Assembly: GCF_003334335.1 (NCBI RefSeq)
Contig: NZ_QOWQ01000048.1
Source of the DNA: Escherichia coli
GTDB lineage: Bacteria; Pseudomonadota; Gammaproteobacteria; Enterobacterales; Enterobacteriaceae
Length of the DNA stretch: 30,915 nt
Direction: 5' to 3' (one strand)
Shown: piece by piece, positions 1 through 6,676 of the stretch
Layout of the letters: each line of letters opens with the position of its first letter
Numbering within the stretch: the first letter of the stretch is position 1
Notes under the pieces: model-generated
The model's input: the letters and a program-made list of their open reading frames with translations, nothing else
Database searches by the model: none
What the model was told of the DNA's origin: nothing
Program-made: the position numbers and the translations under genes

Positions 1-264
1 ATGAAGTTCCGGCTCGGTGGTTTCGAGGCCATAAAGTCGGCTTACATGGCCCAGGTGCAGTACAGCATGTGGGTGACACGAAAAGATGCCTGGTACTTTG
101 CCAACTATGACCCGCGTATGAAGCGTGAAGGACTGCATTATGTCGTGGTTGAGCGGGATGAAAAGTACATGGCGAGTTTTGACGAGATGGTGCCGGTGTT
201 CATCGAAAAAATGGACGAGGCACTGGCTGAAATTGGTTTTGTATTTGGGGAGCAATGGCGATGA
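1..264 (+). CDS. exo: Lambda-type exonuclease (Red-alpha), C-terminal fragment, 5'-partial at the window edge
   Basis: The 87-aa translation ending ...[11 protein letters not shown] matches the lambda Exo C-terminus as I recall it; the ATG at position 1 is internal to the real gene. Confidence 0.85.
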   Translation: MKFRLGGFEAIKSAYMAQVQYSMWVTRKDAWYFANYDPRMKREGLHYVVVERDEKYMASFDEMVPVFIEKMDEALAEIGFVFGEQWR

Positions 265-443
265 CGCATCCTCACGATAATATCCGGGTAGGCGCAATCA
301 CTTTCGTCTACTCCGTTACAAAGCGAGGCTGGGTATTTCCCGGCCTTTCTGTTATCCGAAATCCACTGAAAGCACAGCGGCTGGCTGAGGAGATAAATAA
401 TAAACGAGGGGCTGTATGCACAAAGCATCTCCTGTTGAGTTAA
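255..443 (+). CDS. Small lambda orf60a-like protein
   Basis: A 62-aa ORF overlapping the exo 3' end, in the position and orientation of lambda orf60a. The true start may be the second ATG at 261. Confidence 0.65.
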   Translation: MAMTHPHDNIRVGAITFVYSVTKRGWVFPGLSVIRNPLKAQRLAEEINNKRGAVCTKHLLLS

Positions 444-607
444 GAACGAGTATCGAGATGGCACATAGCCTTGCTCAAATTGGAATCAGGTTTGTGCCAA
501 TACCAGTAGAAACAGACGAAGAATTTCATACGTTAGCCACATCCCTTTCACAAAAACTGGAAATGATGGTGGCGAAAGCAGAAGCAGATGAGAGAGACCA
601 GGTATGA
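416..607 (+). CDS. Small lambda orf63-like protein
   Basis: A 63-aa ORF overlapping the previous ORF by 28 nt, the same arrangement as orf60a/orf63 in lambda. Confidence 0.7.
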   Translation: MHKASPVELRTSIEMAHSLAQIGIRFVPIPVETDEEFHTLATSLSQKLEMMVAKAEADERDQV

Positions 608-687
608 CAACCACTGAATGCATTTTTCTGGCAGCGGGCTTCATATTCTGTGTGCTTATGCTTGCCGACATGGGGCTTGTTCAGTGA
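604..687 (+). CDS. Possible 27-aa hydrophobic micropeptide (MTTTECIFLAAGFIFCVLMLADMGLVQ)
   Basis: Its ATG overlaps the orf63-like TGA stop in an ATGA arrangement (604..607). The sequence is a continuous hydrophobic stretch long enough for one transmembrane helix. Confidence 0.35.
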   Translation: MTTTECIFLAAGFIFCVLMLADMGLVQ

Positions 688-899
688 CACCTCAGCAGGA
701 AAACGCCCTTCGCAGCATTGCCCGTCAGGCTAATTCTGAAATCAAAAAAGCCAGACAGCAGTTTCCGGATAAAAACGTCGATGACATTTGCCGTAGCGTA
801 CTGAAGAAGCACCGCGAAACGGTAACGCTGATGGGATTCACACCGACTCACTTAAGTCTGGCAATCGGTATGTTAAACGGCGTCTTTAAGGAACGGTGA
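618..899 (+). CDS. Hypothetical protein in the orf61 region; start uncertain
   Basis: A 93-aa ORF in a third frame, followed by a hairpin plus T-run. It overlaps the micropeptide ORF, so which of the two is expressed is unresolved. Confidence 0.4.
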   Translation: MHFSGSGLHILCAYACRHGACSVTPQQENALRSIARQANSEIKKARQQFPDKNVDDICRSVLKKHRETVTLMGFTPTHLSLAIGMLNGVFKER

Positions 900-921
900 A
901 CATGAAAAGCAAAATCATCAG

Positions 922-945
922 GGAGCTACAGGCTCCTTTTTTATT
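922..945 (+). terminator. Intrinsic-terminator-like hairpin plus T-tract
   Basis: GGAGC-tacag-GCTCC followed by TTTTTTATT. Confidence 0.45.
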
Positions 946-997
946 ATTCGCATTCACCCTCAAGCGTATTAACCAACAATTCAGGGATTAATGGAAG

Positions 998-1219
998 ATG
1001 GCAGACCTCATTGATTCAGCATCAGAAATTGAAGAATTACAGCGCAACACAGCAATAAAAATGCGCCGCCTGAACCACCAGGCTATATCTGCCACTCATT
1101 GTTGTGAGTGTGGCGATCCGATAGATGAACGAAGACGCCTGGCCGTTCAGGGTTGTCGGACTTGTGCAAGTTGCCAGGAGGATCTGGAACTTATCAGTAA
1201 ACAGAGAGGTTCGAAGTGA
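998..1219 (+). CDS. TraR/DksA-family C4 zinc-finger protein (lambda Orf73-like)
   Basis: A 73-aa protein with CxxC...(17)...CxxC (CCECG...CRTCASC), typical of the TraR/DksA zinc finger. Its stop overlaps the next ORF's GTG (GTGA). Confidence 0.8.
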   Translation: MADLIDSASEIEELQRNTAIKMRRLNHQAISATHCCECGDPIDERRRLAVQGCRTCASCQEDLELISKQRGSK

Positions 1220-1467
1220 GCGTAATTCACTCTCAGGCACTGCGTGAAGCGGCAGAGCAGGCAATGCATGACAACTGGGGATTTGACGCGGACCTTTTCC
1301 ATGAGCTGGTAACACCATCGATTGTGCTGACACTGCTGGATGAACGGGAAAGAAACCAGCAGTACATCAAACGCCGCGACCAGGAGAACGAGGATATTGC
1401 GCTAACGGTGAGGAAACTGCGTGTTGAGCTGGAGACAGCAAAAATCAAAACTCAACGAGCAGCGTGA
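1216..1467 (+). CDS. Ea22-like protein, N-terminal part, ended by an in-frame TGA at 1465
   Basis: GTG start overlapping the upstream stop; the 83-aa product resembles the conserved Ea22 N-terminus (recalled, not searched). The same frame stays open after the TGA for 53 more codons, to a TAG at 1627..1629. Confidence 0.6.
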   Translation: MSVIHSQALREAAEQAMHDNWGFDADLFHELVTPSIVLTLLDERERNQQYIKRRDQENEDIALTVRKLRVELETAKIKTQRAA

Positions 1468-1765
1468 GTAGAAGGTGTTATCTCGGATGGAAGTAAGCGT
1501 ATTGCTGAACTGGAGGCCTGGGTTGAATACACAAGAGCTGCATACGTAAGAGCAAAAGACAAGGGAGATTTGATCAGAGTTATTACCCGACAACCAACGG
1601 GATTTTACGCTTACGTACCATGTAATTAGGAATCCTTGAAGTGGCAGCCTAACTGCGGATACACTGAAATGGCGATTTGGTAACATGTTTCGCACAAGGC
1701 TGTTACTACGCTTAAAGATAATCAGCCATGATTAAACGCTTTGTAAAAAGTAAAAGGAAATTACA

Positions 1766-2380
1766 ATGAAAAAATCAATACTAATTTTAGGGCTTACGTT
1801 AATTGTCTCATCTCAAATACCATCGGCAATGGCAAAAAATGAATCAAGACTTTGGGTTGTTGTTGATCGAACGGAAAGACATACCTGCCCTTCAAGTAAA
1901 TGTGGAGTGGCTGGGAAACTATTTTTCAGGGAAGGCGTAGATTTTCTAGAAAAAAAAGGTGAATGGGTTCGTATAACTGAGCCATATTCAGCCTCATGTG
2001 TGGGAGGGGAAAGCGAATATATTAAAGAAGGTAATAAATCCTGCACAAGAAAAAACGGAATCGTCAATGGCAAGTTTTCAGAATGGGTTAAACTTAGTGA
2101 TCTTAGCAGTGAAAGGCCATCAGATCCTGCTGAAAATGCGAGCGGAGATGATACTTTAATCAAAGGATCTGATGACTACCGTATATACAAAAAAGAGTTT
2201 TCTTCGGCAGCTAGGAAGTTAATAAACGAAGGGGTCTGCACGGAAAGCGACTTTAAGGAAATCGGAGGGTGGATGGCATCAAGCAATAAGGGGAAAAACA
2301 TCTATTTCACATATTGCGGAGGAATGACGTTGTCGAACAGAATATACCTAGACGTTAAAAGTGGAAAGACTTTTAGATAA
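1766..2380 (+). CDS. Hypothetical secreted (periplasmic) protein, 204 aa, AT-rich accessory gene
   Basis: SD AAGGAAA 8 nt upstream of the ATG. N-terminal signal peptide MKKSILILGLTLIVSSQIPSAMA with an AMA-K signal peptidase I site and no lipobox. The mature part has 7 Cys. Codon usage is visibly AT-rich compared with the flanking genes. Confidence 0.75.
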   Translation: MKKSILILGLTLIVSSQIPSAMAKNESRLWVVVDRTERHTCPSSKCGVAGKLFFREGVDFLEKKGEWVRITEPYSASCVGGESEYIKEGNKSCTRKNGIVNGKFSEWVKLSDLSSERPSDPAENASGDDTLIKGSDDYRIYKKEFSSAARKLINEGVCTESDFKEIGGWMASSNKGKNIYFTYCGGMTLSNRIYLDVKSGKTFR

Positions 2381-2451
2381 TATGATATTACCAATGACAG
2401 TATTAATTTAATGCCTCCATAGAATTATCTCTAGGAAGTATGTATAAGAAA

Positions 2452-2488
2452 AGCCCGCACAATGAGCTGCTGCGGGCTTTGTGTTATT
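2452..2488 (+). terminator. Intrinsic terminator downstream of the secreted-protein gene
   Basis: AGCCCGCA-(11-nt loop)-TGCGGGCT followed by TTGTGTTATT. Confidence 0.55.
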
Positions 2489-2673
2489 CGCCATATTTTA
2501 TGAAGCAAATACGACACTATAGATAATTAAGCGTTGCTGGTTGTCGATTCCTCACTCACTCCTGTTGATGGCTCTCTTCTTGTATGTGCCATTGAAGGGT
2601 AATATCGAGTAAAAAGATACCGGAAGTATCCGCGCCGCCATGATTGTCTTTCTCCTAATGCAGGAAAAGCAGA

Positions 2674-3012
2674 ATGGCTAAATCATCAGCAGAGCGCAAA
2701 GTCGATCAGAGAGCCAAGCAAGCATCATCCGGTATGCGTAAGCTGGAGCTTGTACTTGATGCTCAGGAAATTGAAATGCTGGATCGTAACTGAGCCACGC
2801 GCCGCTTCAGGCATGCGCCTTACGAGTTTGGTGAGTACATCGCGTTACTGAGCCGCCAGGATGATGCACGTGTGCGCTGGCGTATAAAATCGATCAGCAG
2901 AAAACGTTGCGGTAAGTGCGGCGAGAGAGTTCCTGTTAATTCATGCCCGTGTAATGGTGACTCACAATGCTGGGTGACCAAAGGCTGGCACGAAACAAAA
3001 TTAATGATATAA
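2674..3012 (+). pseudogene. Cys-rich small-protein ORF interrupted by a single in-frame TGA (2791..2793); possibly an ea8.5-type gene
   Basis: Frame 1 is open from 2644 to 3009 apart from the one TGA. The C-terminal half carries CGKC...CPC...C, a zinc-ribbon-like pattern. SD AGGAAA precedes the ATG at 2674. The ORF track shows no intact ORF of 60 aa or more on either strand here. Confidence 0.45.
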
Positions 3013-3040
3013 ATCTCTGTGACATGTCACGGAGGCGGCA

Positions 3041-3469
3041 ATGAAATTAGACCAGCAATATCTAAAAGATCTACTTATCGCATTCGAAAAAACTCATGGC
3101 CCTGACACGATGCTTAGTGAACTAGAGGATAATGGCTTTAATAGATATGACCAAAATTTTATTTTCCATATGCGATTATTATGCGACTACGAATTAATAG
3201 TCAGGGTTGATGGAAAACCTGGGTTCGGTCATATAATGTCCAACGAGTTAGGGGAAGGTGTTGGATATAGTTGGATCGAAGTACCACTGAGGTTGACAGC
3301 AAGAGGGCATGATTTTATTGCTGACTTGCGTCAAAAGGAGGTCTGGCAAACTATAAAAACAAACTTTAAGGATGAGGGAATTAGTACACTAATAAGTGTT
3401 TCAAAATCACTAGCAAAAGGCTTTGCAAGGAAAAAGATAAAAGATATTACAGGAATAGATATTGAATAA
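3041..3469 (+). CDS. Hypothetical cytoplasmic protein, 142 aa, AT-rich accessory gene
   Basis: Strong SD GGAGG 5 nt upstream. No signal peptide or transmembrane segment. Followed by its own terminator. No catalytic motif that I recognise. Confidence 0.7.
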   Translation: MKLDQQYLKDLLIAFEKTHGPDTMLSELEDNGFNRYDQNFIFHMRLLCDYELIVRVDGKPGFGHIMSNELGEGVGYSWIEVPLRLTARGHDFIADLRQKEVWQTIKTNFKDEGISTLISVSKSLAKGFARKKIKDITGIDIE

Positions 3470-3513
3470 TTCTTAGCATCAGCAACTACTGCCTTTGGTG
3501 GAAATTATATCTG

Positions 3514-3540
3514 AACTCGCTACGGCGAGTTTTGTTTTAT
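3514..3540 (+). terminator. Intrinsic terminator downstream of the 142-aa gene
   Basis: AACTCGC-tacg-GCGAGTT followed by TTGTTTTAT. Confidence 0.6.
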
Positions 3541-3551
3541 GGAGATGATAA

Positions 3552-3719
3552 ATGCACTTCCGAGTCACAGGTGAATGGAATGGAGAACCATTCAACAGAG
3601 TTATCGAAGCAGAGAACATCAATGACTGCTATGACCACTGGATGATATGGGCGCAGATAGCACATGCAGACATAACCAATATTCGAATTGAAGAACTGAA
3701 AGAACACCAAGCCGCCTGA
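3552..3719 (+). CDS. Hypothetical 55-aa protein upstream of xis
   Basis: GGAG 8 nt upstream of the ATG; the ORF ends inside a hairpin plus T-run. Confidence 0.4.
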   Translation: MHFRVTGEWNGEPFNRVIEAENINDCYDHWMIWAQIAHADITNIRIEELKEHQAA

Positions 3720-3732
3720 TGGCGGTTTTTTC
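3709..3732 (+). terminator. Terminator-like hairpin just upstream of xis
   Basis: CCGCC-tgat-GGCGG followed by TTTTTTC. In lambda-type logic this would be read through by antiterminated pL transcripts. Confidence 0.45.
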
Positions 3733-3758
3733 TTGCGTGTAATTGCGGAGACTTTGCG

Positions 3759-3977
3759 ATGTACTTGACACTTCAGGAGTGGAACGCTCGCCAGCGACGC
3801 CCAAGAAGCCTTGAAACAGTTCGTCGATGGGTGCGCGAATGCAGGATATTCCCTCCTCCGGTTAAGGATGGAAGAGAATATCTGTTCCACGAATCAGCGG
3901 TAAAGGTTGACTTAAATCGACCAGTAACAGGTAGCCTTTTGAAGAGGATCAGAAATGGGAAGAAGGCGAAGTCATGA
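3759..3977 (+). CDS. xis: Excisionase
   Basis: The 72-aa product MYLTLQEWNARQRRPRSLETVRRWVRECRIF... matches lambda Xis as I recall it; it overlaps the int start by 23 nt, as in lambda. Confidence 0.95.
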   Translation: MYLTLQEWNARQRRPRSLETVRRWVRECRIFPPPVKDGREYLFHESAVKVDLNRPVTGSLLKRIRNGKKAKS

Positions 3978-5025
3978 GCGCCGGGATTTACCCCCTAACC
4001 TTTATATAAGAAACAATGGATATTACTGCTACAGGGACCCAAGGACGGGTAAAGAGTTTGGATTAGGCCGAGACAGGCGAATCGCAATCACTGAAGCTAT
4101 ACAGGCCAACATTGAGTTATTTTCAGGACACAAACACAAGCCTCTGACAGCGAGAATCAACAGTGATAATTCCGTTACGTTACATTCATGGCTTGATCGC
4201 TACGAAAAAATCCTGGCCAGCAGAGGAATCAAGCAGAAGACACTCATAAATTACATGAGCAAAATTAAAGCAATAAGGAGGGGTCTGCCTGATGCTCCAC
4301 TTGAAGACATCACCACAAAAGAAATTGCGGCAATGCTCAATGGATACATAGACGAGGGAAAGGCGGCATCAGCCAAGTTAATCAGATCAACACTGAGCGA
4401 TGCATTCCGAGAGGCTATGGCTGAAGGCCATATAACAACAAACCCGGTCGCAGCCACTCGCGCTGCAAAATCAGAGGTAAGGAGATCAAGACTTACGGCT
4501 GACGAATACCTGAAAATTTATCAAGCAGCAGAATCATCACCATGTTGGCTTAGACTTGCAATGGAACTGGCTGTTGTTACCGGGCAGCGAGTTGGTGATT
4601 TATGCGAAATGAAGTGGTCTGATATCGTAGATGGATATCTTTATGTCGAGCAAAGCAAAACAGGCGTAAAAATTGCCATCCCAACAACATTGCATGTTGA
4701 TGCTCTCGGGATATCAATGAAGGAAACACTTGATAAATGCAAAAAGATTCTTGGCGGAGAAACCATAATTGCATCTACTCGTCGTGAACCGCTTTCATCC
4801 GGCACAGTATCAAGGTATTTTATGCGCGCACGAAAAGCATCAGGTCTCTCCTTCGAAGGGGATCCGCCAACCTTTCACGAGTTGCGCAGTTTGTCTGCAA
4901 GACTCTATGAGAAGCAGATAAGCGATAAATTTGCTCAACATCTTCTCGGGCATAAGTCGGACACCATGGCATCACAGTATCGTGATGACAGAGGCAGGGA
5001 GTGGGACAAAATTGAAATCAAATAA
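3955..5025 (+). CDS. int: Tyrosine integrase, lambda Int type
   Basis: The 356-aa product MGRRRSHERRDLPPNLYIRNNGYYCYRDPRTGKEF... is essentially lambda Int by recollection; its 3' end faces the att site. Confidence 0.97.
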   Translation: MGRRRSHERRDLPPNLYIRNNGYYCYRDPRTGKEFGLGRDRRIAITEAIQANIELFSGHKHKPLTARINSDNSVTLHSWLDRYEKILASRGIKQKTLINYMSKIKAIRRGLPDAPLEDITTKEIAAMLNGYIDEGKAASAKLIRSTLSDAFREAMAEGHITTNPVAATRAAKSEVRRSRLTADEYLKIYQAAESSPCWLRLAMELAVVTGQRVGDLCEMKWSDIVDGYLYVEQSKTGVKIAIPTTLHVDALGISMKETLDKCKKILGGETIIASTRREPLSSGTVSRYFMRARKASGLSFEGDPPTFHELRSLSARLYEKQISDKFAQHLLGHKSDTMASQYRDDRGREWDKIEIK

Positions 5026-5113
5026 TGATTTTATTTTGACTGATAGTGACCTGTTCGTTGCAACAAATTGATAAGCAATGCTTTTTTATAATGCCAACTT
5101 AGTATAAAAAAGC
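5026..5113. other. attL (B-O-P') junction: P' arm with Int arm-type sites and the 15-bp common core
   Basis: The core TTAGTATAAAAAAGC at 5099..5113 is the reverse complement of the lambda att core GCTTTTTTATACTAA. Arm-type sites ATTTTGACTG and ATAGTGACCT lie at about 5034..5053. Host B-side sequence AGGCTTCA follows the core. Confidence 0.85.
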
Positions 5114-5159
5114 AGGCTTCAACGGATTCATTTTTCTATTTCATAGCCCGGAGCAACCT

Positions 5160-6443
5160 GTGAACACATTTTCAGTTTCCCGTCTGGCGCTGGCATTGGC
5201 TTTTGGCGTGACGCTGACCGCCTGTAGCTCAACCCCGCCCGATCAACGTCCTTCTGATCAAACCGCGCCTGGTACCTCTTCTCGCCCGATTCTGTCGGCA
5301 AAAGAAGCGCAGAATTTCGATGCTCAACACTATTTTGCATCCCTGACACCAGGTGCTGCAGCGTGGAATCCTTCCCCGATTACCCTGCCTGCGCAACCTG
5401 ACTTTGTTGTCGGCCCGGCGGGCACTCAAGGTGTAACGCATACCACGATTCAGGCGGCGGTAGATGCGGCAATTATCAAGCGTACCAACAAGCGCCAGTA
5501 TATTGCCGTGATGCCTGGTGAGTATCAGGGAACGGTATATGTCCCTGCCGCTCCGGGTGGAATTACTCTGTACGGTACAGGTGAAAAACCGATTGATGTG
5601 AAGATTGGGCTTTCCCTTGATGGTGGCATGAGCCCTGCCGACTGGCGTCACGACGTCAACCCGCGCGGCAAATATATGCCAGGTAAACCAGCGTGGTATA
5701 TGTACGATAGCTGCCAGAGCAAACGCAGCGACAGTATCGGTGTTCTCTGCTCTGCGGTCTTCTGGTCACAAAACAATGGCCTGCAACTGCAAAATCTGAC
5801 CATCGAAAACACGCTGGGCGATAGCGTAGATGCAGGTAACCATCCGGCGGTGGCACTGCGTACTGATGGTGACCAGGTACAGATTAACAACGTTAACATT
5901 CTCGGTCGTCAGAACACCTTCTTTGTCACCAACAGCGGTGTGCAGAACCGTCTGGAAACAAATCGTCAGCCGCGTACGCTGGTGACCAACAGCTACATTG
6001 AAGGGGATGTGGATATCGTTTCTGGTCGCGGCGCAGTGGTGTTCGATAACACCGAATTCCGCGTGGTGAACTCACGTACTCAGCAAGAAGCGTATGTGTT
6101 TGCACCGGCTACGCTGTCCAACATTTACTACGGTTTCCTCGCCGTAAACAGCCGTTTCAATGCTTTCGGTGATGGTGTGGCGCAACTGGGCCGCTCGCTG
6201 GATGTTGATGCCAATACCAACGGTCAGGTGGTGATCCGTGATAGCGCCATCAACGAAGGTTTTAACACGGCTAAACCGTGGGCCGATGCGGTGATCTCTA
6301 ATCGTCCGTTTGCGGGTAATACCGGCAGCGTAGATGATAACGACGAAATACAGCGCAATCTGAATGACACTAACTACAACCGCATGTGGGAATACAATAA
6401 CCGCGGCGTGGGTAGTAAAGTGGTTGCAGAGGCGAAGAAGTAA
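5160..6443 (+). CDS. ybhC: Outer-membrane lipoprotein of the pectinesterase-like / acyl-CoA thioesterase family
   Basis: GTG start; lipoprotein signal peptide with lipobox LTAC; the 427-aa product matches E. coli YbhC. Confidence 0.93.
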   Translation: MNTFSVSRLALALAFGVTLTACSSTPPDQRPSDQTAPGTSSRPILSAKEAQNFDAQHYFASLTPGAAAWNPSPITLPAQPDFVVGPAGTQGVTHTTIQAAVDAAIIKRTNKRQYIAVMPGEYQGTVYVPAAPGGITLYGTGEKPIDVKIGLSLDGGMSPADWRHDVNPRGKYMPGKPAWYMYDSCQSKRSDSIGVLCSAVFWSQNNGLQLQNLTIENTLGDSVDAGNHPAVALRTDGDQVQINNVNILGRQNTFFVTNSGVQNRLETNRQPRTLVTNSYIEGDVDIVSGRGAVVFDNTEFRVVNSRTQQEAYVFAPATLSNIYYGFLAVNSRFNAFGDGVAQLGRSLDVDANTNGQVVIRDSAINEGFNTAKPWADAVISNRPFAGNTGSVDDNDEIQRNLNDTNYNRMWEYNNRGVGSKVVAEAKK

Positions 6444-6448
6444 GAGCA

Positions 6449-6660
<212 letters not shown>

Positions 6661-6676
6661 ATTCACATGGCGCTTT

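Larger units (their letters stand above)
1..5113 (+). mobile_element. Int-proximal end of a lambdoid prophage integrated at attB(lambda); the prophage continues beyond the window start
   Basis: Collinear lambda-type early-left genes (exo, orf60a-like, orf63-like, TraR-like, ea22-like, xis, int), followed by the P' arm and att core directly abutting ybhC. Confidence 0.9.

Noticed and set aside
3537-3890. 117-aa minus-strand ORF overlapping the 55-aa ORF and xis
   Set aside because: Antisense to the xis reading frame; the plus-strand genes fit the lambda organisation.
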